DNA of 64,000 nucleotides from Bacteroidales bacterium UBA1715 (GTDB lineage Bacteria; Bacteroidota; Bacteroidia; Bacteroidales; UBA1715): the NCBI GenBank assembly GCA_002317135.1, contig DCIX01000016.1:4136-68135 (forward strand), given 5' to 3'. Positions 52,811-63,690 of the stretch are shown piece by piece (within the stretch, counting starts at the first letter, position 1; the number at the start of each line of letters is the position of its first letter). The notes below the pieces were generated by a model. It ran no database searches. It was not told the origin of the DNA and was given only the letters and a program-made list of their open reading frames with translations. The position numbers were made by a program, and so were the translations under genes.

Positions 52811-52883
52811 CTGTTCGCAAACATACGAACAGTTTTCACAAAAACAAAATTTTTTAACATTATTCGCAAAACAACGAACAATA
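52811..52883. promoter_or_regulatory. ArsR operator-like boxes 2 and 3
   Basis: CTGTTCG-caaacata-CGAACAG (52811-52832) and ATTCGCAAAACAACGAACAATA (52862-52883). Confidence 0.7.
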
Positions 52884-52890
52884 TTACAAT

Positions 52891-52919
52891 AAAAAAAGAC
52901 CAGCAAAAGCCAGTCTTTT
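52891..52919 (-). terminator. Intrinsic terminator after prfA
   Basis: Minus strand AAAAGACTGGC-tttt-GCTGGTCTTTT TTT; stem closes with G-U pairs only on this strand. Confidence 0.7.
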
Positions 52920-52922
52920 CTA

Positions 52923-54008
52923 TTAAATTTCTCCTGCTTTTAGTCGTTCTGCATTTTCAGCTACGATCAAGCCATCTATAATTTCCTGGATATCGCCACC
53001 AACAATTGCTTGCAAATTATACAATGTTAAATTGATACGGTGATCAGTAACACGACCTTGTGGATAGTTATATGTTCTAATCTTTGCCGAACGGTCACCT
53101 GTCGAAACCATAGTTTTACGTTTCGAAGCAATATTGTCCAAATATTTTTGGTACTCCATATTGTAAATACGAGTACGCAATTCTATCATAGCCTTTGCCT
53201 TATTTTTCAACTGTGACTTTTCGTCCTGACATTGAACTGTGATACCAGTTGGAATGTGCACCAAACGAATTGCCGAATAAGTAGTGTTGACACTCTGTCC
53301 ACCGTGACCTGATGCACAGAATATATCGGTACGGATATCCGTTTCCTTCAAATCAATATCGAATTCCTCTGCTTCTGGCAAAACAGCAACTGTTGCAGCC
53401 GAAGTATGTACACGTCCTTGTGTTTCCGTTGCAGGAACACGTTGTACACGGTGTACACCTGATTCATATTTCAATGTACCATATACATTGTCACCAGTAA
53501 CTTCAAAAACAATTTCCTTATAACCGCCAGAAGTACCTTCGTTAAAAGAAGTAACCTGTATCTTCCAACCTTTAGATTCACAATATTTCGAATACATGCG
53601 GAACAAATCACCAGCAAAAATTGCAGCTTCATCACCACCTGTTCCACCACGAATTTCAACAATGGCATTCTTTCCATCTTCAGGATCGGCAGGAATCAAC
53701 AACAGACGAATCTCCTCCTCCATTTTTTCAATTTTCGGTTCTGTTTCGTCTATTTCCATCTTCGCCATATCACGCATTTCTTCGTCGTTTTCGTTTTCCA
53801 AAATCGACTTTGCTTCCTGCAAGTTTCCTAACAAGTTTTTGTACTCCTTACGAGCATTCATAAGCAATTCCAACTCGTGATATTCCTTATTCAATTTAAC
53901 GAAACGCTTCATATCGGCAATTACCGCAGGGTCCGTTATCATTGTAGAAATTTCTTCGAATTTGAATTGTAAACCGTCAAGTCTTTCTAATAGAGATTGT
54001 TCTGCCAT
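52923..54008 (-). CDS. prfA: Peptide chain release factor 1
   Basis: GGQ, PAT discriminator (VPATE), [20 protein letters not shown]. Confidence 0.97.
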   Translation of the reverse strand: MAEQSLLERLDGLQFKFEEISTMITDPAVIADMKRFVKLNKEYHELELLMNARKEYKNLLGNLQEAKSILENENDEEMRDMAKMEIDETEPKIEKMEEEIRLLLIPADPEDGKNAIVEIRGGTGGDEAAIFAGDLFRMYSKYCESKGWKIQVTSFNEGTSGGYKEIVFEVTGDNVYGTLKYESGVHRVQRVPATETQGRVHTSAATVAVLPEAEEFDIDLKETDIRTDIFCASGHGGQSVNTTYSAIRLVHIPTGITVQCQDEKSQLKNKAKAMIELRTRIYNMEYQKYLDNIASKRKTMVSTGDRSAKIRTYNYPQGRVTDHRINLTLYNLQAIVGGDIQEIIDGLIVAENAERLKAGEI

Positions 54009-54156
54009 TTGTTGATATTTGGTTGCAAAAGTAGAAATTAATTTTGTGAGAGCAAACGATAAACTATAAAACTTATGTTTAGAAATTCATACCTTTGTTC
54101 CAACGACAATAAATTTTGAATAACATCGTTTTCTAATTGAGTTTTCTATACAAATT

Positions 54157-55710
54157 ATGCGACAAATACATATTCTATGGGCCGATGACGAAATTGAACT
54201 TCTCAAGCCTCACATCATGTTCCTTGAAGCCAAAGGATACCAGGTTACACCGGTAAACAACGGGAACGATGCTATAACTGAAGTCTCAAAACAAAAATTC
54301 GACATCGTTTTTCTTGACGAACAAATGCCTGGTTTAAGCGGAATTGAAGTTTTAGAAGCCATAAAGACAAAACTTCCCGAACTTCCTGTCATTATGATCA
54401 CAAAAAGCGAGGAAGAAAACATCATGGACAAAGCAATCGGTTCACGCATAAACGATTATCTTATCAAACCGATAAATCCAAATCAGATAATTCTTGCGCT
54501 AAAGAAAAATCTGGATAAAAACGACTTACTTACCCAAAACACGACAAGCAAGTACCAAAAAGATTTTTCACAATTAGGAATGGAAATCGCAAACGCAAAT
54601 TCATACCAAGATTGGATCGAAGTATTTCAACATTTAGTTTATTGGGAAATGCAATTAGTTCAGTCGAAAGACCATAGTATGAACGAATTGCTACTAATGC
54701 AAAAGAATGATGCAAATGTAAACTTCGCGAAATTCATCAAGAAAAACTATCTTTCATGGTTTAAGCCTAACAGCAACAATAAACCATTACTTTCGCCAAG
54801 CATAATTAAAGAAAAAGTCTTTCCTGAAATACAAAAAGACTCGCAAACACTTTTGCTCGTAATCGACAACCTACGCTACGACCATTGGGTTGCACTTCGA
54901 CCTTTATTAAGCGAATATTTCACTATCGAAGAAGATTCTCTGTACTACAGCATTTTGCCAACAACAACGCAATATGCACGCAATGCGCTATTCTCCGGTT
55001 ATATGCCAGCCGATCTCGAAAAACTATATCCCGACCTTTGGGTTGATGACGAAGATGACGAAATGAAGAATTTACATGAAGAAGAAATGCTCATTTCCCA
55101 ATTAAAACGTCTCGGATATACCGACAAGATTTTCTTCGACAAAATTACATCCATCAATACAGGAAAGAAAAACAACGACAGATTTTATAAAATAACTCAA
55201 CATCATTTTTCTGTATTGGTACACAATTTCATAGACATTCTTTCGCATGCCCGGACAGAAATGAATATGATAAAAGAACTTGCCAACGACGAGGCTGCCT
55301 ATCGTTCCCTTACGGTTTCATGGTTCAGCCATTCTCCTCTATTTGAGCTTTTACAAGATTTGGCAAAGAAAAAAATCAACGTTATGATTACAACCGACCA
55401 CGGTTCGGTAAACATACAAAATCCTATAAAAGTTTTAGGAGACAAAAACGTTACTACCAACCTTCGCTACAAACAAGGCAAAGCGTTACAATATAATCCC
55501 AAAGAAGTATTTGAAATCACTAAACCTATCGAAGCCCGACTTCCACAATGTCACATAAGTTCTTCATACATTTTTGCAACAAATCAAGATTTCTTCGCAT
55601 ACCCAAACAATTTCAACTATTATGCGAACTATTATAAAGACACGTTTCAACATGGTGGAATTTCACTCGAAGAAATGATTATCCCATTTATTTCACTAAA
55701 AGCAATCTAA
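54157..55710 (+). CDS. porX: PorX-type response regulator (receiver + PglZ domain)
   Basis: WADDEI, LDEQMPG, ITKSEEE, IDNLRYD, TTDHG, FQHGGISLEEM. Confidence 0.92.
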   Translation: MRQIHILWADDEIELLKPHIMFLEAKGYQVTPVNNGNDAITEVSKQKFDIVFLDEQMPGLSGIEVLEAIKTKLPELPVIMITKSEEENIMDKAIGSRINDYLIKPINPNQIILALKKNLDKNDLLTQNTTSKYQKDFSQLGMEIANANSYQDWIEVFQHLVYWEMQLVQSKDHSMNELLLMQKNDANVNFAKFIKKNYLSWFKPNSNNKPLLSPSIIKEKVFPEIQKDSQTLLLVIDNLRYDHWVALRPLLSEYFTIEEDSLYYSILPTTTQYARNALFSGYMPADLEKLYPDLWVDDEDDEMKNLHEEEMLISQLKRLGYTDKIFFDKITSINTGKKNNDRFYKITQHHFSVLVHNFIDILSHARTEMNMIKELANDEAAYRSLTVSWFSHSPLFELLQDLAKKKINVMITTDHGSVNIQNPIKVLGDKNVTTNLRYKQGKALQYNPKEVFEITKPIEARLPQCHISSSYIFATNQDFFAYPNNFNYYANYYKDTFQHGGISLEEMIIPFISLKAI

Positions 55711-55740
55711 AAATCATCAATTACCAATCACTATTTCAAA

Positions 55741-55776
55741 TAATTATCAATTATCAATTGTCAATTATCAATTATT
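55741..55776. repeat. Heptamer tandem repeat (AATTATC/AATTGTC)
   Basis: t-aattatc-aattatc-aattgtc-aattatc-aattatt. Confidence 0.85.
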
Positions 55777-55827
55777 TTCTATCTTCGCAACCATAAAAAT
55801 AATGTAATTATTAAATAAATTAAGTAT

Positions 55828-57447
55828 ATGGCTATTAGTGCATTACAAAAAGCAAGAGCTGCTTACCAACCAAAATTGCCAAAAGCATTTAAAGGTGGTG
55901 TTGCTCTAAAAGAAGGTAAAGCAACTCAATCTGTTGCAGACCAAGAAGAAATCAAGAAATTGTTCCCTAACACTTACGGAATGCCAGTTGTAACTTTTGA
56001 AGAAGCTGCTTCAAAATTGTCTATGAACGAATTCAACGTTGGTGTTATTCTTTCAGGTGGTCAAGCTCCTGGTGGACACAATGTAATTTCTGGTTTGTTC
56101 GATGGTATTAAATCTTTGAACAAAAACGCTAAATTATATGGTTTCTTAGGTGGACCTAGCGGATTGATCGACCATAAATATATCGAATTAACTTCTGAAA
56201 TTATTGACGCTTACCGTAACACTGGTGGTTTCGATATCATCGGTTCTGGTCGTACAAAATTGGAAGAAACTTCTCAATTCGACAGCGGAATCGAAATCTG
56301 CAACAAACTTGGCATTAAAGCATTAGTTATCATCGGTGGTGATGATTCTAACACAAATGCTTGCGTTTTGGCAGAATACTACCTACAAAAAAATACTGGT
56401 ATCCAAGTAATCGGTTGTCCTAAGACTATCGACGGTGACTTAAAGAACGATCAAATTGAAACTTCTTTCGGTTTCGATACTGCTTGTAAAGTTTACTCTG
56501 AAGTTATCGGTAACATCATGCGTGATGCTAACTCTGCAAAAAAATACTGGCACTTCATCAAATTGATGGGTCGTTCTGCTTCTCACATCGCTCTTGAATG
56601 TGGTTTGCAAACTCAACCTAATATTTGTATCGTTTCAGAAGAAGTTGAAGCAAAGAAAATGACTTTGGCTCAAATCGTTGGTAACATCGCTGACACAGTT
56701 GCTGCTCGCGCTGCTGCTGGTAACAACTTCGGTGTTGTTCTTATCCCAGAAGGTTTGATCGAATTCATTCCAGAAATGAAAGTTCTTATCAAAGAATTGA
56801 ACGACTTGTTGGCTGAAACTAACGGTGACGTTGCTGCTGCTGTTAAGAAACTTTCTGCTAACTCTGCTTCAGTTTACGCTTCTCTTCCAGATTTCGTACA
56901 AAAACAATTAACTCTTGAACGTGACCCTCACGGAAACGTACAAGTTTCTTTGATCGAAACTGAAAAACTTCTTATCGAAATGGTAAGAACAGAATTGGCT
57001 AAGAGAAAAGCTGCTGGTTCATACACTGGTAAATTCTCAGGTCTTGGTCACTTCTTCGGTTACGAAGGTCGTTGTGCAGCTCCATCTAACTTCGATGCTG
57101 ACTACTGCTATTCATTAGGTTACAATGCAGCTAACTTGATTGCTTCTGGTAAATCTGGTTACATGTCATTGATTAAGAACACAACTAAACCTGCTGACCA
57201 ATGGATTGCTGCTGGTGTTCCTATCACAATGATGATGAACATGGAAAAACGTCACGGTGCAATGAAACCAGTTATCCGTAAAGCTTTAGTTGAATTGGAA
57301 GGCGCTCCTTTCAAAGCTCTTGCTGCTAACCGCGAAACTTGGGCTAAAGAAACTTGTTACGTATATCCAGGTCCAATCCAATACTTCGGTCCATCTGAAG
57401 TTTGCGACTTGCCAACAAAAACATTGGCTTTGGAACAAGCAAAATAA
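55828..57447 (+). CDS. pfp: Pyrophosphate-dependent phosphofructokinase
   Basis: GGQAPGG, GGDDSN, PKTIDGD, MGR, GYEGR; strongly biased codons. Confidence 0.96.
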   Translation: MAISALQKARAAYQPKLPKAFKGGVALKEGKATQSVADQEEIKKLFPNTYGMPVVTFEEAASKLSMNEFNVGVILSGGQAPGGHNVISGLFDGIKSLNKNAKLYGFLGGPSGLIDHKYIELTSEIIDAYRNTGGFDIIGSGRTKLEETSQFDSGIEICNKLGIKALVIIGGDDSNTNACVLAEYYLQKNTGIQVIGCPKTIDGDLKNDQIETSFGFDTACKVYSEVIGNIMRDANSAKKYWHFIKLMGRSASHIALECGLQTQPNICIVSEEVEAKKMTLAQIVGNIADTVAARAAAGNNFGVVLIPEGLIEFIPEMKVLIKELNDLLAETNGDVAAAVKKLSANSASVYASLPDFVQKQLTLERDPHGNVQVSLIETEKLLIEMVRTELAKRKAAGSYTGKFSGLGHFFGYEGRCAAPSNFDADYCYSLGYNAANLIASGKSGYMSLIKNTTKPADQWIAAGVPITMMMNMEKRHGAMKPVIRKALVELEGAPFKALAANRETWAKETCYVYPGPIQYFGPSEVCDLPTKTLALEQAK

Positions 57448-57470
57448 TTAATTCTCACAACGAGAAACTG

Positions 57471-57501
57471 AAAGGGATTGCTTAACGGCAATCCCTTTTT
57501 T
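57471..57501 (+). terminator. Intrinsic terminator after pfp
   Basis: AAAGGGATTGC-ttaacg-GCAATCCCTTT TTT. Confidence 0.85.
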
Positions 57502-57576
57502 GTTTCAAATATGTCAAAACGACAACACAATTAATCGTCTTTTTGAGCGAAAAACTCAAAAAAACATAATTTTATC

Positions 57577-58989
57577 TTATTTCTCCCCGAAAAATTCTTT
57601 CTTAAAATTCACTAAATAAATTTTCTCTGTCGCACGAGTAAATGCGGTATACAGCCATCGAAGAAAATCCTTATTTACCATTTCTTCTGTAATAAAGCCA
57701 TGGTCTATATACACGTGTTTCCACTGTCCACCTTGGGCCTTATGACAAGTAATGGCATACGCGAACTTTATTTGCAATGCATTAAAATGTGGATTCTGTT
57801 TTATTTTACTATACAGCGTTTTCTTATTGGTTACCTCCGGATAATCGGCACAAACTTCCTGATACAATGTATTATTTTCTTCCGAAGTCAACGAGGCTGA
57901 CTCTGATGTCAATGTGTTAAGAAGCACTTTACAATCAAGCTCAAAATCCTGATAATCAGGAAAACGAAGCGTTACTTCTGCAAAATCAAAGCCATACAAA
58001 GATTCATATTTCTTTATACGAACTATCTCGGCAATATCACCATTGGCAATAAATGGAACCTCATTATTTTTTTCTGTCCAAAAATAGTTGTTCTTCACAA
58101 CCATAATATAGTCGCCAACACAAATTGCCGAATCTTTCCACAAAATCATACGACGAATACCTTCATTATACCGATTCGCCAACTTATTCGTGCGAGTTAC
58201 AACAATTGTATCATCTATGCCAACCTTAGAATGTGAGTTTTCCAACGCCTCTAAAAGCATACTGCCGTCTATACATTCCACATCGGGTAAAACCTGTAAT
58301 TGAGGGAACACATCCTTATCATTTTCAATAAGAGAACGAATTATCGTAGCATTTTGCAAAATTCCCGATTGTTCCGACTGTCTCACTACTTGCGTAAGAC
58401 TCGCCATTGCAATTTTTTTCCAGAAATGATCTTCTAAATATTTTCCATCAAGTGCCGGAGAATCCGACAAGCCTATAGGCGGAAGTTGGGCTATATCGCC
58501 TATTAACAGCAACTTACAATTATGCTCATTAAAAACAAAACGGAATAAATCATCAAGAACAGAACCTGAGCCAAAAATCGAGCGTTCACCTGTATCTATC
58601 GATAACATCGACGCTTCATCGACTATATACACGGCATTCACAACAGCATTGAAGGACATTCCAAACGAATGAAAACCATCGCCCACGTTTTTCTGACGAT
58701 ATATTTTTTTATGGACAGTAAAAGCCGGTTTTGCCGTATAATTCGACAAAACTTTTGCCGCCCGACCAGTTGGAGCAAGTAAAACAACCGGTGTTTCCAA
58801 TGCCTGCAATGTATCCACTATCGCCTTTACCAACGTCGTTTTACCCGTTCCGGCAAAACCTTTCATAACAAACACCTCCTGATCACCAGTCAAAAATTTC
58901 GCCAATTCGGTAAACGTCAATCGCTGATCGTCAGTCGGTTGAAACGAGAATTTCGAAAGAAGCTGTTTTTCTAAGTAATCGTGGAGCAT
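57577..58989 (-). CDS. RecD-like SF1 ATP-dependent helicase
   Basis: GFAGTGKT, APTGRAA, DEASM, GD..QLPP, YAITCHKAQG, YTAFTRA. Confidence 0.9.
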   Translation of the reverse strand: MLHDYLEKQLLSKFSFQPTDDQRLTFTELAKFLTGDQEVFVMKGFAGTGKTTLVKAIVDTLQALETPVVLLAPTGRAAKVLSNYTAKPAFTVHKKIYRQKNVGDGFHSFGMSFNAVVNAVYIVDEASMLSIDTGERSIFGSGSVLDDLFRFVFNEHNCKLLLIGDIAQLPPIGLSDSPALDGKYLEDHFWKKIAMASLTQVVRQSEQSGILQNATIIRSLIENDKDVFPQLQVLPDVECIDGSMLLEALENSHSKVGIDDTIVVTRTNKLANRYNEGIRRMILWKDSAICVGDYIMVVKNNYFWTEKNNEVPFIANGDIAEIVRIKKYESLYGFDFAEVTLRFPDYQDFELDCKVLLNTLTSESASLTSEENNTLYQEVCADYPEVTNKKTLYSKIKQNPHFNALQIKFAYAITCHKAQGGQWKHVYIDHGFITEEMVNKDFLRWLYTAFTRATEKIYLVNFKKEFFGEK

Positions 58990-59081
58990 TCAGTTGAAAA
59001 ATATTTTGCAATAGTAACAATAAAACGGACAAAAAGTTTTATGTTTGTAAACGAAATTTTACAAAACTAAAGGATATAAAA

Positions 59082-59702
59082 ATGAACAAAAGTTTAAAAA
59101 TTGGTATTGAAGTTGTTTTGGCATTTGTAATCGTAGCCATTGCCTACCTAATCTACAACACAATTAATGTAGATATCACATTTGGAGAAGAAAAAGCAAA
59201 AAGACAAGCATTAGTAGTTGAAAAGCTTACAAATGCACGCGAGCTACAAAATGCATACGAAACAAAATATAACAAATATGCAGACAACTGGGCTGAACTA
59301 ATTCGTTTTGCAAAAGAAGATTCTTTGGAATTCACTAAAACTATCGGTGACATAGAAGATTCAGCAGAAGTTGCTGCTGGTCGTGCATGGCAAGAAAAAG
59401 TTAAAGTTCCTGTATTCGAAAAATTAATGTCTGACTCTTTGTTGTCTGCGAATTTCAACTTAGACGACATACCAAATGTTCCTGGAACAGACAAACAATT
59501 TGAAATTGCTGCAAGTTCTATCACATCTGGTGGTGCAAAAATCGCAACTTTCCAAATGGGCGTTCTTTGGGACGATTTACTATTCGACCTTGATCGTCAA
59601 TTAGTTGTAAATGCAAAAGAATATTCTCGTAAAGTGAGCGGATACGAAGGTTTGCGTATTGGTAAACTAGACGAAGCAACAACTGAAGGTAACTGGCAAT
59701 AA
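59082..59702 (+). CDS. Conserved Bacteroidota hypothetical protein, N-terminal TM anchor
   Basis: N-terminal hydrophobic helix; terminal GL.IG.L......GNW; TATGTTTG promoter motif at 59040. Confidence 0.8.
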   Translation: MNKSLKIGIEVVLAFVIVAIAYLIYNTINVDITFGEEKAKRQALVVEKLTNARELQNAYETKYNKYADNWAELIRFAKEDSLEFTKTIGDIEDSAEVAAGRAWQEKVKVPVFEKLMSDSLLSANFNLDDIPNVPGTDKQFEIAASSITSGGAKIATFQMGVLWDDLLFDLDRQLVVNAKEYSRKVSGYEGLRIGKLDEATTEGNWQ

Positions 59703-59703
59703 T

Positions 59704-60513
59704 ATGCAAGATTTCTCTTTTGTTTCGGAATCATATTCTAAACGAAAGCCAAAGGATTGTCGTTTATCCATTTCGATTCGTCGAGATGGATTTTCTTTTT
59801 TGATTTTGTACAAACAAAACATCGAAGCATTCGCCTATAAAACGGTTGCTCCCAACAAAAAAGATGACGAATTCAAAACATTTTTGGAACAAGAAATCTT
59901 ACAATCGGTATTTGCTTCGGTAACAATCATTATCGTTTCACAAAAATTCACTTTTGTTCCAAAGAAATTCTACGACGATACAATGATTGAAAAATACGCC
60001 GAACTTAATTTCAGCGTCAGCGAGCAGGAATCCATTATTAACTACGAATCGCAAAATAGCGATGTTGTTGTCCTATTCCCTATAGAACAAACAATATGGA
60101 CACTTTGTAGAAGTGCTTTTAAGGAACATAATTACATTTCGTATGTGCCACAAATGGCGCCAATGCTCGAAGCCAACATAAAAACACGTAAAGAAAAATT
60201 GTGCATTTCCATAGAAAACAATTTCTTCACAGCAATGTTCATAAAAGGAAAAGAATTGCGTTTCTGTAATACATTCCGCTTTGCAAATGTGAACGATTTC
60301 ACATTCTATGTAATGAACATTTTCGACAAGCTTCATTTAGACACGCTCAATACACCAGTGGAATTGTCTGGAATAATTGGCGAAAAATCACCTTATTTTT
60401 CTGCCCTACAAGTATTTATCAAAAACTTAGAAATTGCTAAGAATACTGATTTTCCAGAAAAATTCCCATATATGCTATTCTATAACCATTGCAATGTTGA
60501 CCTATGCGAATAA
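59704..60513 (+). CDS. DUF3822 family protein
   Basis: LSISI..DGFSF, FTFVP, L.FCN.F.....DF.FY; usual synteny with rsmD. Confidence 0.8.
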   Translation: MQDFSFVSESYSKRKPKDCRLSISIRRDGFSFLILYKQNIEAFAYKTVAPNKKDDEFKTFLEQEILQSVFASVTIIIVSQKFTFVPKKFYDDTMIEKYAELNFSVSEQESIINYESQNSDVVVLFPIEQTIWTLCRSAFKEHNYISYVPQMAPMLEANIKTRKEKLCISIENNFFTAMFIKGKELRFCNTFRFANVNDFTFYVMNIFDKLHLDTLNTPVELSGIIGEKSPYFSALQVFIKNLEIAKNTDFPEKFPYMLFYNHCNVDLCE

Positions 60514-61046
60514 TTAGTGGAGACTTGCGTGGTCGAATAATTAACGCACCTAAAGAATTTGAATTACGCCCGACTACCGATATGGCTAAAGAAGGGTTAT
60601 TCAACATTCTCAACAACGAATTTGATTTTTCTGAAATAAGCGTATTAGATTTATTCTCTGGCATTGGCAGCATTTCATACGAATGTGCATCGCGAGGTTG
60701 CACGGACATTGTCAGCATTGAAATGAACGCGAAACACGCGAATTTCATAAAACAAACAACAAAGAAACTCAACATCAACGGAATGAAAGTGTTGATTTCC
60801 GAAGTACGAGATTTCTTAAAAATCGCCAATCGTTCCTTCGACATCGTATTTGCCGACCCTCCATACAATTTGCCTTGGATTGCAGAGGTTCCGAATTTTA
60901 TCTATGCCAGCAAAGCGGTAAAAAAAGAAACGTTGGTAATTGTTGAACATCCTGCCGAAGTCGATTTTAGCAAACACGAACATTTCAGTCGACTATGCAC
61001 ATACGGGAAAGTACATTTTAGTTTCTTCAGAACTGGCGAAGAATAG
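60504..61046 (+). CDS. rsmD: 16S rRNA m2G966 methyltransferase
   Basis: MRIISG, LRPTTD..KE.LFNIL, LDLFSG.G, DPPY. Confidence 0.93.
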   Translation: MRIISGDLRGRIINAPKEFELRPTTDMAKEGLFNILNNEFDFSEISVLDLFSGIGSISYECASRGCTDIVSIEMNAKHANFIKQTTKKLNINGMKVLISEVRDFLKIANRSFDIVFADPPYNLPWIAEVPNFIYASKAVKKETLVIVEHPAEVDFSKHEHFSRLCTYGKVHFSFFRTGEE

Positions 61047-61084
61047 TTCGAAGAAATTCGTACATTTGAGCAAAAGATTTGCCT

Positions 61085-62320
61085 GTGGACCCATCTGTAA
61101 GAAATTGGTTACCGTTATTTATTGATGCTTTTACGAAAGATTCACAAGCAAATGTTGTATCATTTCCCGCACAAACAAGCTGTGCAGATTTTGCACACAG
61201 CCTAATTCATACTAGTGGATTGTTCTATGGCACAATTACCGACGATACCATAATCTCCTATAAACAAAACGCCACTTGGTCGTACGCCGATTCGTTTAAA
61301 ATCGCCCTTACAAAAGGTCTTTTTCTCACATATTTCCGATGGAAACGCACAACTATCAATAGCGAAACAACAGAAGAGTGTATACAATACATATACAAAT
61401 TCTACACCTTGTTTACATTAAGCGAAGCTGACAATAAGAAATACCGCTCTATCTTTTCAAAAGAAGAAACAACGAATGAAATTATTGAACGCATAATAGA
61501 CCTCAGAATAAGTGCTCCAACCGTTCTTAGTAAAACATTTTGGGAAGGAATAAAATTCAATCTATTCGCAAGTTTAGACATACTGTATTTCGCCCTTTGG
61601 TTAGAAGGAATCTACGATTACGACAAACGAAAAGAGATAGAAAAAGATAGCATTTCATTAGTTCAACAAGCCGCAAATATAACAAAAGACAAGAATGCCA
61701 AAGCTATAGCAACATACCTGTCCGCATCGGCAGGACTTGAAGAAAACGACGAGCAAACAAATCTCGCCACACTTCATTTAGAACGCTATCAAACGAGTTC
61801 TGTGCACGTCAGAAAAATTTTGTATGACTATGCTGCATTTGCGTGCTTCTCCGACAACGATATGCAAAAGGCCGAGGCATTGTTTCTAGAAGATGTAGCA
61901 CAAAAACTATCTTTAGAAGAAAACGATATAGAACATAGTTCAATATACATTGAAAATTTTCTCCAATTGGAAGGAGACAAAATTTTCTACATACATTACA
62001 ACGAAGGATTAGATAGAATTCGCCAAGCATTACTTGATCGAACACAAAATATCATTCAAAAGAACAAACAAAAAATAACGACAGAAATACTCGAAAGCAA
62101 AGAACTTGTCGAATTAATACGCAAGTCAATAAACGAAGATCTTTCGACATCAGAGAAAGATAAAGTTCGGGAGCAAATTTTCGACCTTCTGAAGACCATT
62201 CCTTCCCTTGCTATATTTATGATTCCGGGGGGAGCGTTTATTTTGCCTATTATACTAAAAATACTTCCTGAAGAAGTACTAATGCCTAGTTCATTTATAA
62301 ACAAAAAGAAAGAACAATAA
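61085..62320 (+). CDS. LETM1-related protein with TerB-like segment
   Basis: Likely GTG start (VDPSVRNW); C-terminal ESKEL..L...EK.KVREQ..D..KTIPSLAIFMIPGG...LP. Confidence 0.75.
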   Translation: MDPSVRNWLPLFIDAFTKDSQANVVSFPAQTSCADFAHSLIHTSGLFYGTITDDTIISYKQNATWSYADSFKIALTKGLFLTYFRWKRTTINSETTEECIQYIYKFYTLFTLSEADNKKYRSIFSKEETTNEIIERIIDLRISAPTVLSKTFWEGIKFNLFASLDILYFALWLEGIYDYDKRKEIEKDSISLVQQAANITKDKNAKAIATYLSASAGLEENDEQTNLATLHLERYQTSSVHVRKILYDYAAFACFSDNDMQKAEALFLEDVAQKLSLEENDIEHSSIYIENFLQLEGDKIFYIHYNEGLDRIRQALLDRTQNIIQKNKQKITTEILESKELVELIRKSINEDLSTSEKDKVREQIFDLLKTIPSLAIFMIPGGAFILPIILKILPEEVLMPSSFINKKKEQ

Positions 62321-62324
62321 AAAA

Positions 62325-62350
62325 CGGAAACATTCCTAAGAATATTTCCG
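62325..62350. terminator. Hairpin between convergent genes
   Basis: CGGAAAcATTC-ctaa-GAATaTTTCCG. Confidence 0.55.
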
Positions 62351-62375
62351 CAATTAACTTTAATGAAAGTTATAC

Positions 62376-62765
62376 TTATTCTTTAGTTGCCTTCTCTATT
62401 TCTTCAGAAATAACATCTGTAAATCCTTTCATAAAACCTTGACTAGCATCAATAGCATCGTTAAGTATAGAGCCTGCACCTTTAATCATTTGCTTTGTCA
62501 TACCTGCAGCTATACGTCCTTGAATCTCAACAAGTTGTTTTCTTTGTTCATCGGAAAAATTACATTCTTTTGAAGCAGTCAAAATTGCATCATACTGTTT
62601 TTTGATTTCGTCAAGTTTATATATCTGAAAATCTTCTGAAGAAACTAATTTTTCAATTTTCTCCATTTGAGAGATAACCTTTTCTTCTTTCGATTGACAA
62701 GATGACATTACCAATGCTGAAGCAAGTACAACAGCAAACAAAAACATTTTTCTCAAATTTTTCAT
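62376..62765 (-). CDS. Hypothetical lipoprotein
   Basis: Basic N-terminus, hydrophobic core, lipobox MSSC. Confidence 0.75.
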   Translation of the reverse strand: MKNLRKMFLFAVVLASALVMSSCQSKEEKVISQMEKIEKLVSSEDFQIYKLDEIKKQYDAILTASKECNFSDEQRKQLVEIQGRIAAGMTKQMIKGAGSILNDAIDASQGFMKGFTDVISEEIEKATKE

Positions 62766-62808
62766 AGTATCAACTTTTTAATTTGTCGATAAAGATAACA
62801 AAAAATGT

Positions 62809-63690
62809 TTACAATTTCAACACGAAATCGGTAATCCAGTTTTTGAAGAATATATCACGATTGGTTTGCCAACTATAATTCACTCCTTTGGTTTCATCGT
62901 CGTCAACAAAATAATTAAATGGAAACATAGGATTCTTTCCATTGGCAAGGTCTCGTCTATATTCATTACCAATTCTATCACGTCCATATTCTGGGTGACA
63001 GATTGTATAAATCTGCCGACCTTCGAAAGCCGTTATAATTCCAGGACCTGTAACCGGAGATTCTGCAACAATTTTCATCTCTGGCACAGCCGCAACCTCA
63101 TCATGCGAAAGATACCACGGACGACTCACCGGCATTCCTACCTCATCCAAGTTGCCATCAACCAACGAAACTGATTTATCAAAAATTGTGTGTGGAAATA
63201 CCCCACTCCACTGAAACGAATTACGCTTAAAATGTACCCCCCAATTATAGTAAATACGGGCAAAAGCAGCCCAACAAATATGCACGGTTGATTTTACATG
63301 TTTGTCAGCCCAACGAAAGAATACACACAATTGATTCCAGTACACAATTTCTTCATATTCAAATCGTTCAAACGGAGCGCCATTAATTACCATTGCGTCA
63401 TAGTCTTGATTTTGTTCCATTATTTCTGCCACATCCACATAAAATGTATTCATATAGTCCTGTGGAGTATGCTTATACATAAGATTACTCATCTTGATTA
63501 GCGTAATCTCTATTGGCACTTCAACTGACTGTAAAGCTCGATACAAATCAGCCTCAGAATCTTCTTTATCGGGCATTAGATTAAGAAACAACATTTTTAC
63601 AGACTTACCAACCGGTTTTTGATCTGTCAAACACAAACCTTCTGCATTTAATTTCTCAATCAAAGGATGATTCTTAGGAACAACAATCAT
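62809..63690 (-). CDS. metA: MetA-family (homo)serine O-acyltransferase, acetyl-type signature
   Basis: LNLMP.K, GAPFE, ICWAA (catalytic Cys), HPEY, EY.RD. Confidence 0.88.
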   Translation of the reverse strand: MIVVPKNHPLIEKLNAEGLCLTDQKPVGKSVKMLFLNLMPDKEDSEADLYRALQSVEVPIEITLIKMSNLMYKHTPQDYMNTFYVDVAEIMEQNQDYDAMVINGAPFERFEYEEIVYWNQLCVFFRWADKHVKSTVHICWAAFARIYYNWGVHFKRNSFQWSGVFPHTIFDKSVSLVDGNLDEVGMPVSRPWYLSHDEVAAVPEMKIVAESPVTGPGIITAFEGRQIYTICHPEYGRDRIGNEYRRDLANGKNPMFPFNYFVDDDETKGVNYSWQTNRDIFFKNWITDFVLKL

